Below are positions 32,879 to 46,600 of a stretch of 64,000 nt of DNA, piece after piece. The notes below the pieces were generated by a model. It was not told the origin of the DNA. It worked only from the letters and a program-made list of their open reading frames with translations, and ran no database searches. How positions within the stretch are numbered: position 1 is the first letter of the stretch; each line of letters begins with the position of its first letter. Position numbers and translations under genes: made by a program. Origin of the DNA: Eledone cirrhosa (taxonomy: Eukaryota); assembly GCA_964016885.1 (NCBI GenBank), contig OZ024743.1, positions 13,392,001 through 13,456,000 on the forward strand, written 5' to 3'.

Positions 32879-34963
32879 TTAGATTTCTTCGTAAGTAGAT
32901 GCTTGCAGGAGGATTTCTGTGAGGCGTTCCCAAAACAGCTTCTGCCCCCGTTCTTCTTTGGACCATTCCAAATACGTCTTACGCCTTAGTAGTAGGGCTA
33001 GCCGTTTGGTCTGTAGTTCAGTAGGTATCTCTTCAAGTAGTATTGGAACAACAATATCTTTCTTCTCCTCAAACAGCCTTTGTTGTGCAAGGCTGGTTTC
33101 GAACTGGCACCATTGACTTTGAGCAAAATCTGAAGATAACACGAGTACCACCTTACGGCTTTGTTGAATACTGTCTATAATATTATCAACAATATCATTG
33201 CCTACCATAAAATCCCTGTCATGCAAACAGAGGTGTATATGGTTCTCTTCTTCGAGAACAGGTAGTAAATAATTGACAACCCATTGAATATCGGAACCGC
33301 AATAACAGACAAAAGCATCATAATTATATTCATTAGTATTCTTCAGAAATTCGTATTTCTTTCTCCTGGCAAAAAACAGATAAATCCAGTATCGAATCGA
33401 CCATCTTTTAGTGTAAGATATTATTCCAGATATAATAAAAATTATAGAGAATGTTCCAAGTACAACTCCACACACAGCTATGGATGATGGCTTTGTTACG
33501 TTCTTACAGTACTCCAATGAAACGTAATATTTTGCTACCTGGTGGTATTTGAGAAAAGGTGGATTAAAACATACATATGATTTAGGATATTTTATAAATT
33601 GCGTGGAACACCGTCTCATCCACTCCCGAAACCAAAGTATTTTACAATTGCATTCAAAATTATTAAAGGAGAGATCCCATTTGAGGTTCACATTAGAAAG
33701 GAGAGATTTTGCAAAAGTACTTTTATTTACATTAAATATCCTGTTAGATGACAATGAAAATTTCATTAGAGTGCTCATGACAGAACAATTTGCTTTTTGC
33801 CATTTTCTAACCCTTGTATTTGAAAGATCAAGTGTATGAAGCTTTTTCATATTGCATACGCAATCTGGAATGACTCCCATCGTATTCACAGTTATTTCTA
33901 AATGTACCAGGTTTGTTAAAATCTTTATGATATCATTCATAGATGTATTTCCCTTCATAGATACAGAATGCAATTTCAACAAATTGATATGACGACAGGT
34001 ATCAAATATACCGCTAAAATTAAAACTATCAAAAGTGATATTTTGAAGAATCAGTGAACGTAACGTTTTACTAGCAAAAGCATTGGTGCCCAAGGTTATT
34101 TTATGTGACGTTTTAGAAACGAGAGAAAATACTACTAAACCTTTCAAGTAATCCAATGCTTTGGGCTTTATCAGGATCAAATCAGGTGCATTGATGTGTA
34201 ACGTTTTGACCTGATTCAAGCCATTAAATATGACCCTGTTCAGAATATACCACTGATGTAAAGATAATTGTAACCTTATCAATTTGGGAAATACGATATT
34301 CTGATTAGAATCTATGAATCGAGGCATCTTAGTTATAAAGTTTCCATTTAAGTTTAGATGTGTTAGATATGACTGCTTTCCCCAAGATATAATTTTATAA
34401 ATGCTATTAAAGCTTAAATCAAGTATTCTTAATTTCTTTAATGGTAAAAGTTCGCTACCATTGAATACTCCTATTTTTGACCATGATATGCAGAATCGGG
34501 TAATATTGTTGTCTGTCAAGCCGTGTAAAAATTTGAACGACCAGGCTCTTTCGTTAACCCCATCAAATATTAGTGAAGTTACATTCAAAACGGAAATACT
34601 TTGTAAGATGTGATGCAAATCAGTGTCTGGCACGCGACACATCTTAAAGTTGAGTTGTTTCAGAGAGTTCAGTCCTGAAAAAACATACTTAGATGCATTT
34701 GTAAACACACAACCTATAAATGTTAAAGTTTCCAAATGTATCGCAGTTAAATTTGAAACAGTTTCACAGGAGAGTATGTTAAATGTAGGATATTCAATTT
34801 GAACATTCGTCGTATTGGCTGGGAAATTTGGTATATACGATAGACTTTCACAATAGCATCTCTTTTTACTGCAACCGCACGATCCATCGGTGAGTGATGA
34901 GATACAAAATGCAATCATAGCATTTAAAGTAATCAATCTAATCAAGGAATAATAGAGATCCAT
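32879..34963 (-). CDS. Toll-like receptor, intronless 694 aa ORF (signal peptide, LRRs, LRR-CT, TM, TIR)
   Basis: Hydrophobic N-terminus, Cys cap, LxxLxLxxN repeats, NNFECNC..W...YVC LRR-CT, TM AVCGVVLG...ISGII, and TIR boxes YDAFVCY, LCLHDRDF.VG, SQWCQFE, LFW. Confidence 0.96.
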   Translation of the reverse strand: MDLYYSLIRLITLNAMIAFCISSLTDGSCGCSKKRCYCESLSYIPNFPANTTNVQIEYPTFNILSCETVSNLTAIHLETLTFIGCVFTNASKYVFSGLNSLKQLNFKMCRVPDTDLHHILQSISVLNVTSLIFDGVNERAWSFKFLHGLTDNNITRFCISWSKIGVFNGSELLPLKKLRILDLSFNSIYKIISWGKQSYLTHLNLNGNFITKMPRFIDSNQNIVFPKLIRLQLSLHQWYILNRVIFNGLNQVKTLHINAPDLILIKPKALDYLKGLVVFSLVSKTSHKITLGTNAFASKTLRSLILQNITFDSFNFSGIFDTCRHINLLKLHSVSMKGNTSMNDIIKILTNLVHLEITVNTMGVIPDCVCNMKKLHTLDLSNTRVRKWQKANCSVMSTLMKFSLSSNRIFNVNKSTFAKSLLSNVNLKWDLSFNNFECNCKILWFREWMRRCSTQFIKYPKSYVCFNPPFLKYHQVAKYYVSLEYCKNVTKPSSIAVCGVVLGTFSIIFIISGIISYTKRWSIRYWIYLFFARRKKYEFLKNTNEYNYDAFVCYCGSDIQWVVNYLLPVLEEENHIHLCLHDRDFMVGNDIVDNIIDSIQQSRKVVLVLSSDFAQSQWCQFETSLAQQRLFEEKKDIVVPILLEEIPTELQTKRLALLLRRKTYLEWSKEERGQKLFWERLTEILLQASTYEEI

Positions 34964-36931
34964 ATTTATACTATTTACAATTAAGATAGATAAATTAAGA
35001 TTTGAACGTATTCATTTGAGAAATTTCTTCCCCTTATTAGATACAGTCTTACACAAATTATTTCTAAATATCTGTAATATCAAAGTAACCGAAATATTCA
35101 ATAAAACATAAATCACATTTAAAATAAACTATGCTACGTAGAGTAAAATATAAATTCTCTCATGTCTTGTTTGTTCTTTAAACAATTATATCAAGGAATT
35201 AATACCAGAAGTTAGCTTATCAGGTTGTTTAGAATAATAATTTCAAAATATGAAATTAAGATTTGGAACCAAAATACTAATGTATAGTTAATGACATAAA
35301 TGGGAATCTATAATTACTGCAGAATCCATATGTGTGTGAATAGAATCCATGTTTACATCCGTGAATAATTGTTAAAGCCTTGTCTTTGGTAGGGTTCTAC
35401 AAGAAAATGTGACATTTATAAGCATTTTAAATAACAAAGAGAAATATAATTGTAATGCATATATAATTGTTTACTAGCATTAATACTGCCTTTGCAAATA
35501 GATAAATGTTGACAATATATTACAGATGTCTATAGGCATCTATGTATCTAACAATCATTATCATATATGATGGTAGTTAAACACAACGCTCCTGATAATT
35601 TTCATTCATAGGTTTAATGCCATGTGATAACCTCGTGGATATTTTTTCTGATCTATGTTGAAATATTAGTACTCGCATATTTTCTGTTTACAGCTTGAAG
35701 AAGCTTACAGCGACTGATGTCCCAATTACGATGTTTTATGTTTTGTTTTCTTTGATATTAATCCTTTCATTCGCTGCAAATATAAATCTAGTATAGCAGG
35801 AGGAACGCTGAAGTTTTATGCAATATGTGCAATGTTCCATACATACACTCATATCCACATATTTCTACGTGAGTCCATTACTTCGAGGCAGTACCACATG
35901 ACTAGTATTCGCACTCAATGCAAAGTGTATAACCACATGTGTATTTCATCCTGTAAATATATATCTGGATGGGGGCAAAGTACCTAGACTACGAATCAAA
36001 AACAGCATTGATGAAATGCTTCGTGGTAGCTAATAAACAATAGACTGATCAAGAACCATTCGAGATGTAATTGAATTCGGCATAATCATATCGTATCGAT
36101 GGCTGTTTTAAAATCTATTGTCTCAGTCACGACTCTTTCACGATGTTCAGCTGATGGCAATACAATGTTATACATTTTATTTTATTTCAAAATGTGTTAT
36201 TGATAGTCAATATAGAGAAAATAAAATGTCATTTCCTGGTGTTCAGATTAATTGGAGATGTGCACATATAACAATATGGAATGCATGTCTGTTAAAAGGG
36301 AAATTAAAATTCACGAATGGTTAATCTAGCTACAAACTGCAAGTCACAATTCCATGTTAGTGGCTAAGTGAAGTGGGTTATCAAATTTAAACACAATATT
36401 CAATTTATATTTTGTCAGCAAAGAACAAATTAGCCGCAAAACAACAAACAACAAGTTTACATTAGAGCTATGATTTAACTGTGTCATCATATGCAACAAA
36501 TAGAGCGTGTATTGGCGTGTGATAACAATTAGTGTAAATGAAATTCTTTTGCAAGATATGTCTTTTCTATGGTCAAATGAGATCTCATCTTTAATAATTA
36601 CGCGTACAAATGTCGCATATTCTGGCCTGTAGATTAAGCAATTCTGTTCTAGCGCAACTCATCTGTACTTCTTTCACGTGGACAAAATATGTATGCTTGT
36701 AATTCTACTTGAACAATACGGCTCAATGTTTAATAGCTATATTTATTTTGTCTCACTAGTTGTTTTCCGAAATATATACAAGCATACACACACACACACA
36801 CACATACACACAAACACACACACACACACACACACCTGTACATACAAGCATACATACATAGATACATACGTACATACATACATACATACGTACATACATA
36901 CGTACATACATACATACATACATACATACGT

Positions 36932-37384
36932 ACCTGAAAATAAAAACTGCCACCAAATTAAAGCACAACCGGCCTGATATTGTTGTTTGGGACCACACAT
37001 TGAAAACGTGTTCTGTTGTGGAGATCAGCTGCCCACTTGATGTAAACGTTGTCAGAAAAATACAGGATATGGAGGACATCTACGGACCACTGATGAGGAG
37101 TTTACAAATCCAGTATCCAAGATACACCTTTAGCTTCATACCCATCATTATTGGAGCTACGGGTTATATACCAACCCGCTTGGACCAAAGTATGACTGAA
37201 CTTGGATTTGCGGACAAAAAGCGCAGCTCCCTAATTCATAGTCTACAAATGGCTGCGATAGCTGGCACCTTCAAAATTTGCAAAACATTCTTGCGATTCA
37301 AGGGATGACAAATTCTTTTCTTTTACAACCTTGCCACCAGGAAGGTGGCCGGTCAAAAAAATATACTCGAAATTAAGAGAAAGA
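36932..37384 (+). mobile_element. 5'-truncated RLE-type non-LTR retrotransposon (endonuclease domain plus 3' UTR) in (TACA)n
   Basis: KHNRPDIVVWD...VVEISCP...PIIIGATG PD-(D/E)xK-type domain, 3' UTR hairpin gccacc/ggtggc, (TACA)n on both sides. Confidence 0.85.
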
Positions 37385-37921
37385 GATACGTACATACGTA
37401 CATACATACATACATACGTACATATATACATACAAGCATACATACATACATACATCTATTGATAAATGACCGAATTAATTCTTACAATATATTTTTACAA
37501 TTAATCAAAGTGGAAGTTTATACCAAAAATGTAAATAAGGCAAATTCAACACTTAGTGCATTTTTGTATAGCATCAATGTTTTCCTTTTCTATGTAAGTT
37601 TATAATCTATGACAATTCAGAGAGGTGAGCAAGTTGGAATAGGGAGCTAGCTGGAAATGTCGGATTATGTACGTCAAAGTAAATCCTATAAATATGAATT
37701 AATTTAAACTTTACTGAAGTTCAACGCATTTCTAATTCCTACGTTAGTTTCGTGTACTTTATTGCAGTCAAAGCAATTTTGTTAGCTTTAAATACAAAAG
37801 TAAAATGAATCGTAACTGTGAAATGAAGCAATATGTGGATATTGATCAATCTACAATTAGGGAAACACAAACAATAATATATAGATAACATGTACATATG
37901 CCCGAATGTCTATATATAAGT

Positions 37922-38038
<117 letters not shown>

Positions 38039-38046
38039 CACACACG

Positions 38047-38118
<72 letters not shown>

Positions 38119-38224
38119 TACATGCATATATATATATATGTATATAGGAAAATGTTCAAGACACCGACGGCAGACCTAAAGCTGTTTCGACGGCTGTTTC
38201 TGGACTCACACATATATATATATT

Positions 38225-38298
<74 letters not shown>

Positions 38299-38356
38299 GT
38301 ATTTATATTATTCAAAATATTATTAAATGAAGACCTTCACATAATCAAAATATATG

Positions 38357-38418
38357 TTTTATTATATATATTTCGGAGGTACTGTGCTGTTTTTTCAGTT
38401 CGTCCTCATCAGATAAAA
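38357..38418 (-). ncRNA. Minimal type-I hammerhead ribozyme with intact core
   Basis: Minus strand: ttttat CTGATGA gga...tcc GAAA tatata TA ataaaa. Confidence 0.85.
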
Positions 38419-40207
38419 TACATAAATTGATGTATGACATACCTCAACTGTCTTGATGGTTTAATTTCAGTCTTGGCAGTGATTTATTACAACAAAACTC
38501 TATGTTTATATACCACAAGAAGGAATAACATGACAAACTAAATATGATGAAGAGAGGGATGTGGAGCGAGATATAAGTATCAATAGGGGGTGGGTATGAG
38601 AAAATATAGAATAAATAAATAAACACATAAGTACATACATGTTAAAATATTTAAATATTCATGTTAGAGAGAAACAGAAGAGAGAGAGAGAGTGCAAAAT
38701 AGAAGAGAGGAGGGAAAGAAAAAAGATGAAGGTAAACAGCAGGAGGGAGAGGGAGATAAAAGAGAGGATGGAATACATAGCTGCAACAGGAAAGAAAGAC
38801 AGAAAGAAAGAAGAAAGGGACATGATGCGTGACAGTTGTTTTCAAATATTAAGTTAGGTAGAAGCGACCAATTAAATACCGTTAAAATTATTACTATCTA
38901 TTGTATTTGGTTATGTTTGAGCGAAATTATACTAATATATTAAATCAAAATTAAACAATATGAAATATTTTCAATGATAATCAGAAGTATAGTTAAATTA
39001 ATAAATTATATTCAATATTTTGTTACAAAATTCAAAATCAGAAACATTTAACCTACAAATAAAGTTTACAAATATAGTAAATGTGTATGAGTATATTTAT
39101 CATAACTTAATCACATATCACCATCTGTAAATGCATTTAATATAATGTTTACAATTAAAATTATAAACATTACAAACAGTTTAAATCAATAATTGTCAAT
39201 TACATATAGGATTAATTAATAGTTATATATACTCTTGAAAGTATTATTATTTCGAATCAACCCAAACCTACTACATGCAACAGTATCAATTATGTTAAAT
39301 ATATATTATTAATCCATTTGGATAAAAACGAAAATTATATACGATAAATGTAAACAAATGAGCTCCGTACAACATATCTGATCTTTTAAATTAGCTAAAT
39401 GCTTTGAAAGCCAGGAGGTATTTCAAATCACAAATTTAAAAAATTCAAGTTATACAAAGACGATTCTAAAACCAAACTAAAGGTATTTAGTCAATCATGA
39501 AATTAACTCACCATATAAAGGAGCCAATATGCAATTTTATAAGGTAAGGTAAAACATTATACTTAATAACAACGGTAGCATTTCAAGAATTATTAATAAA
39601 AGTCAATACTTTTTCATTCATTCAGTGTTTTTTTTCTAAATTTAAATGATGCTTGAAATGATTTTCCAGATTTATGGAGGCAAGTTACAAATAATTCATT
39701 TTTCTTATTAATTAAATTACCATAATTAGTAATTATTAATAGAGTTTCCAAATTGCAAAGATGGCAGATTGGTGTGATGGAAGCATTCCGATATGATTCA
39801 GAGTTTCTAAGTTTAACCCAAGAAATTGAGTATTTTATATTTTACTCTTTTAAATACCATATTAATTGTGATAACGAAGTAGAAAATTTTTTATGTGGAT
39901 TAGAGAAAGAATGTTTATGATTAAAAAAGCGAAGTTTAAAGTTCGATGAAGTTGGACCTATGTAGTTATAAGTAATATTATTATTTGTTTTAATGGTACA
40001 TTTATATACTAAATTTTTATCAAGACATATATTTTGTAAAGGGCATTCAGATTTCCTCCTAGAGTTACAGTTCGATTCAATGCTATTTCCATAACCTAAA
40101 CTGTTCGTATTATCATTGTTAATGTTTCTAGGTGTTCCACTATATATGTTTAAATTATTGTTATTGTTATTCGCATTAACTACTGTATTATTGTTATTAT
40201 TATTATT

Positions 40208-43200
40208 GTTCTTTGAGTCTCAGTCATTGATGTTGGTTAACTATAAAGTTTGTTGAAATGAATATCAAGCCACTACCTGCAGCCTCAGATATTCAGGACG
40301 TATCGGAGTGTTCTTGCTGTTCCCAGCAAGCATGCCTTTTGAAGTGTGCCAAAAAGAGTGGCGGGGCCAATTTTCTTTAACCATCCCTGGAAACCACTTC
40401 TCAAAATGTGGTAAATTGTTTACTTTGCATAGGCGCCAGTGGATCACCCTGCCCATCACATCATGTCTCCAGCCTTTATAGTGAGTCTGGGCTAGGTGTT
40501 TACACTCGGATACAATGTGAACCACAGTCTCCTCTCTCTCTCCACAGATCCTGCACAGTGGGCTAGCCCCCTCCTTGTAAATATGGTGTTTCAACCACTT
40601 CGTTTTGAGGGCTTGCTCTTGAGCAGCCATTAGCATTCCTCCTGTAGCCTTTTTAAGGTCTCCTCTTTTCAACCCGTTCCATGTCTGTGGATCTCTGAAT
40701 TCAGTTTTCTCAAAGAAGGTACTATGAAGGGACTTTTCTCCTTGTTGTTATTTCCTCCTTGGACATCCCCTGGTCTATTGTCCCCTCCTTCAGTACAATT
40801 CTGAGTATTGGGTCCTTACTATCAGTCACGTATTTGTGTAGGTTGTTTTTCTCCATCTGAACACAGTCCTCTATGCTGATAAGACCTCTTCCACCTTCAG
40901 ATCTCCTTAAGTAGAGTCTATCGACATCACTCCTCTTGTGGAACATGTTGTAGATAGTCAATAGCTTCCTAGTCTTCCTATCCATTTCTTTTTGTTCAGC
41001 AACATTCCATCTCAGAATTCCCGCACTGTACATAATAATAGACACAGCTCGGGAATTTACTGCACTTATGGCATTCCTACTGTTCAGATGTGATTTTAAT
41101 ACGCTCCTTACTCTCCGAATGATCTTATCAATTCCTTCATTTTTTCGTTCTTGATGTCATCAGCCTCCAAACACCCAAATACTTGTATCCTTCTTCAGTG
41201 TCAATTTCCTTTATCATCTCACCTGTTCGTACCTGGATTCCGTTGCTTCTGCTCAATTTACCCCTCTTCATCACAAGGATTCCACACTTACTAATACCAA
41301 ATTGCATACATATATCATTGCTGAAAATACGGACAGTGTCTACAAGCACATCCAACTCCTTCTCACTATTCCCGAAGAGCTTAAGATCGTCCACGAAGTG
41401 GTGGTGATTGATAGTAAGCTCTCCCTTTCCCAACTTGTATCCTGCTCTCAATTTTCGCAGTATAATGGTCAGGGGCATCAGGGAAAGGACAAACAACAGA
41501 GGGGACAGACTATATCTCTGGAAGATACCTCTCTTGATCTTCAGGCCTCCCAAGGATTCTTCAGCTGATATTAACTCTGTTTTCCAGGACTTCATACTTT
41601 TGCTCAACAACTGTCTGATGTTATCTGCCACCTTGAAGATCTCTAGGCTTTTGGTGATCCAAGAATGAGGCACCATGTCAAATGCCTTTTTGTAGTCTAT
41701 CCATCCCATGACAAGACCAGTGTGTCTCCTCTTGCAATTCCTCATTACCATCTTATCAATAAGTAACTGGTCCTTTGTACCACGGGACTTCTTTCGGCAT
41801 TTTTTCTGTTCGTCCGGTAACAAGTTGTTTGTGTGGAGGTGATGGTAGATTTCCTCAGACACAATGCTTGTCAACAGTTTCTACATTACGGACAGACATG
41901 TGATAGGTCTATAGTTGGTAACATCATTACCCTTGATTCGGTCATTTCCTTACCAGAATTGTGGTACCTTTTGTCAACTACTCTGGTACCTCACCTGACG
42001 TCAAGCAGTCATTGAACATGGTTGTCAGTTTCGGGTGGAGGGATGTTATATTTCTAATTCAATACCCCTGCACACCATCTGGGCCTGGTGATTTCAAGTT
42101 GGTTAGTTTTTTGGCCTGCCCCTTAAGAGTTTCAACTGTGATACTCAAATCAGTTTTTTGGTGTGACTGTTCACTAATCTCCTTTTGTACTGTCTCAATC
42201 CACACTGCCTGGTCATTATGTTTAACATCCTGCTCCCATATTACTCTCCAGAATGTCTTAGTTTGTTCCACCTCAGGGATCAAGTCGTGGCCTCTTTCTT
42301 TCCCTTCTAGCTGTCCAAACAGCATCTTCTGGTTGTTGTGAAACATGCGGTTCTGTCTATACTGACTGACTCTACTCTCGTATCGCCTAATTTTTGCACT
42401 CTTTGCTACAATGCGTTGCTTCAGTTCCTCTATGATAATATGTAGCTTTTTCTTCCTAGTTTCGTACCTTATTTCCAGTCTATTTTTAGTGTCTATGTTT
42501 TTTAGTGTCCCATTCAGTAGGGACTCAAGCTTTCCAATGTTATTTCTCATTTCCCTGATTTGACTCTTCAGTCGTTTCTTCCACCAAGGTTCTGATCTTT
42601 CTTGTTTGTTGTTTCCTCTCGCTTTTATGCCAAGTAATTTCCTCACCGCATTTGCTGTTGCTTTGAGGATATTGTTGCACTGGTGAAGGCTCCTCGCCTC
42701 AAGGTATGGGGTGACTTTGTTTACCTTAGCTGTTGTTTCTTTTAACTTTTTCCTGTCTACAAATCTTAGGTTCATAGGTTTCCCACTATCATTGTTCATT
42801 TCATCTACCACTAAGTTTAGGATATCAACCAAATCTTCTCCTAGCCCGTCAGCATTCATTTCCTCAATGGCCGTATCTTTGTTCCAGGTATCATGTATTT
42901 CAGCATTCAGATCATTGTCTGCTACGGATGGTTCCTCCGTTCTCTCAACCACTTCACCTTCATTTCCCACTGGCTCGTTTGCCTGGCATACTCCACTTTC
43001 CATTTCCAACCTAATCTCTCTGCTCAGTTCCTCCAGTTCCAGCTCGCTTATCCACCCATTACTTCTTATTAGCCGTGCCGGCCCGGCCAATTTTTGTTGA
43101 TCTAATTTAAATAGACCAATGTCGTTCCAGATGTTATGCATCCGTTTCCTATAGCCTTTCTCCTTGGGGTTACTCTTCAGGTAACATTGCATAACAGCTC

Positions 43201-43540
43201 TATTCATTTCTTTCACCCAGTTGGTTCTGGTCCCTTTCCTTCTTCCTCTTCCTCCAACACCAGCAGTATTTGGATAACAGCCAGGTTCCTGCTGCTGGCC
43301 CAGGGAGCACCTGCAGGATGAGAGACTGTGACATGCCATTCCAGTCCCCACTTCACCGTTATTCGAACTGTTTAGGTTCGACATTTAAGCACTCATAGCG
43401 AGGATTGGTGAATGTATGGTTACATAACTACCGGTGATTTCATCACCCACAGTGATGTCATCACCCCCAGTGATTTTAGCGTGGCACCGTCACGCTGTAG
43501 ACGAACATAAATAAACAAAAAAACAAATAGATAAAAACAC
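40208..43540 (-). mobile_element. R4/Dong-type RLE retrotransposon copy A, near full-length but disrupted, with about 300-bp deletion of the RLE
   Basis: ORFs 42059-43384, 41137-41874 ([12 protein letters not shown]) and CCHC CRICGE...HIVSEC; TAA repeats at both ends. The junction at about 40393 skips the RPD..D region. Confidence 0.92.
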
Positions 43541-43553
43541 ATTATTACTATTA

Positions 43554-43640
43554 CTTTGCCCTTCATCCTTACGGGGTCGATAAAATAAAGTACCAGTAAT
43601 GCACTGGGAAATTGCTGGCTTTGTGCCTAAAGTAGAAACA
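43554..43640 (+). mobile_element. 5'-truncated SINE between two Dong copies, flanked by (ATT)n
   Basis: Core and tail; attattactatta before and (ATT)8 after. Confidence 0.9.
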
Positions 43641-43664
43641 ATTATTATTATTATTATTATTATT

Positions 43665-46600
43665 GTTCTTTGAGTCTCAGTCATTGATATTAGTTAACTG
43701 GAAAGTTTGTTGAAATGAATATCAAGCCACTACCTGCAGCCTCAGATATTCAGGACGTATCGGAGTGTTCTTGCTGTTCCCAGCAAGCATTTCTTTTGAA
43801 GTGTGCCAAAAAGAGTGGCGGGGCCAATTTTCTTTAACCATCCCTGGAAACTCTTTGAGACAGTACCTAGTGCGCCTATGACAATCGGGACCACTTTGAC
43901 TTCATGGCAGTTCCAAATCCTTTTTACCTCCCACTTTAAGTCCTGGTATCGATTAATTTTCTCCTTCTCCACCTCTTGCACTCTCGTGTCGAATGGGCAG
44001 GCCACATCCACAATCAGGCACGATCTTTTTTCCTTGTCCAAAACCACAAGGTCAGGTCTATTGTGTTCCAGTTTCTTGTCCGTCTGTATCCAAAATCCCA
44101 CAGCACCTTCACTTAATCGTTTTCTATCACCGCCTCTGGCTTATGCTCATACCACTTCTCAGAATGCGGTAAATTGTTTACTTTGCATAGGTGCCAGTGG
44201 ATCACAATGCCCATCACATCATGTCTCCAGCCCTTATAGTGAGTCTGGGCTAGATGCTTACACTCGGATACAATGTGAGCCACAGTCTCCTCTCTCTCTC
44301 CACAGATCCTGCAAAGTGGGCTAGCCTCCTCCTTGTAAATATGGTGTTTCAACCACTTCGTTTAGAGGGCCTGCTCTTGCGCAGCCATTAGCATTCCTTC
44401 AGTAGCCTTTTTAAGGTCTCCTTTTTTAAACCAGTTCCATGTCTGTGGATCAGTGAATTCAGTTTTCTCACAGAAGGTACTATGAAGGGATTTTTCATGA
44501 AGGCTGCTCTTTCTCCTTGTTGTTATTTCCTCCTTGGACATCCCCTGGTCTATTGTCCTCTCCTTCAGTACAATTCTGAGCATTGGGTCCTTACTATCAG
44601 TCACGTATTTGTGTAGGTTGTTTTTCTCCATCTGAACACAGTCCTCTATGCTGATAAGACCTCTTCCACCTTCAGATCTCCTTAAGTAGAGTCTATCGAC
44701 ATCACTCCTCTTGTGGAACATGTTGTAGATAGTCAATAGCTTCCTAGTATTCCTATACATTTCTTTTTGTTCAGCAACATTCCATCTCAGAATTCCCGCA
44801 CTGTACCTAATAATAGACACAGCTCGGTAATTTACTGCACTTATAGCATTCCTACTGTTCAGATGTGACTTTAATACGCTCCTTACTCTCCGAATGTATT
44901 CAGATCTTATCAATTCCTTCATTTTTTTTGTTCTTGATGTCATCAGCCTCCAGAACACCCAAATACTTGTATCCTTCTTCAGTGTCAATTTCCTTTATCA
45001 TCTAACCTGTTGGTACATGGATTCCGTTGCTACTGCTCAATTTACCCCTCTTCATCACAAGGACTCTACACTTACTAATACCAAATTGCATACATATATC
45101 ATTGCTGAAAATACGGACAGTGTCAACAAGCACATCCAACTCCTTCTCACTATTCCCGGAGAGCTTAAGATCGTCCATGAAAAGGAGGTGATTGATAGTA
45201 AGCTCTCCCTTTTCCAACTTGTATCCTGCTCTCACTTTTCGCAGTTTAATGGTCAGGGGCACCAGGGCAAGGAAAAACAACAGAGGGGACAGACTATCTC
45301 CCTGGAAGATACCTCTCTTGATCTTCACGCCTCCCAAGGATTCTCCAGCTGATGTTAACTCTGTTTTCCAGGACTTCATACTTTTGCCCAACAACTGTCT
45401 GATGTTATCTGCCACCTTGAAGATCTCTAGGCTTTTGGTGATCCAAGAATGAGGCACCATGTCAAATGCCTTTTTGTAGTCTATCCATCCCATGGCAAGA
45501 CCAGTGTGTCTCCTCTTGCAATTCCTCATTACCATCTTATCAATAAGTAACTGGTCCTTTGAACTACGGGAATTCTTTCGGCATCCTTTCTGTTCGTCCG
45601 GTAACAAGTTGTTTGTGTGGAGGGGTGATGGTAGATTTACTCAGACATGATGCTTGTCAACAGTTTCCACATTACGGACAGACATGTGATAGGTCTAAAG
45701 TTGGTAACATCATTACCCTTGATTCGGTCTTTCATTACCAGAACTGTGGTACCTTTTGTCAACCACTCTGGTACCTCACCTGACATCAAGCAGTCATTGA
45801 ACATGGTTGTCAGTTTCGGGTGGAGGGATGTTATATTTCTAATCCAATACTCCTGCACACCATATGGGCCTGGTGATTTCCAGTTGGTTTGTTTTTTGGC
45901 CTGCCCCTTAAGAGTTTCAACTGTGATACTCAAATAGAGTTTGTTGGTGTGCCTGTTCACTAATCTCCTTTTGTACAGTCTCAATCCACACTGCCTTGTC
46001 ATTATGTTTAACATCCTACTCCCATATTCCTCTCCAGAATGTCTTAGTTTGTTCCGCCCCAGGGATCAAGTCGTTGCCTCTTTCTTTCCCTTCAAGGTGT
46101 CCAAACAGCATCTTCTGGTTGTTATGAAACATGCGGTTCTGTCTATACTGACTGACTCTGCTCTCGTATCGCCTAATTTTTGCACTCTTTGCTACAATGC
46201 GTTGCTTCAGTTCCTCTATGATAATATTTAGCTTTTTCTTCCTAGTTTCGTACTTTATTTCCAGTCTATTTTTAGTGTCTATGTTTTTTAGTGTCCCATT
46301 CAGTAGGGACACAAGCTTTCCAATGTAATTTCTCATTTCCCTGATTTGACTCTTCAGTCGTTTCTTCCACCAAGGTTCTGATCTTTCTTGTTTGTTGTTT
46401 CCTCTCGCTTTTATGCCAAGTAATTTCCTCACCGCATTTGCTGTTGCTTTGAGGATATTGTTGCACTGGTGAAGGCTCCTCGCCTCAAGGTATGGGGTGA
46501 CTTTGTTTACCTTAGCTGTTGTTTCTTTTAACTTTTTCCTGTCTACAAATCTTAGGTTCATAGGTTTCCCACTATCATTGTTCATTTCATCTACCACTAA

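Noticed and set aside
43390-43415. TCCTCGC motif suggesting an HDV-like ribozyme in the Dong 5' UTR
   Set aside because: No P3 or P1 pairing could be built and the motif differs in copy C.
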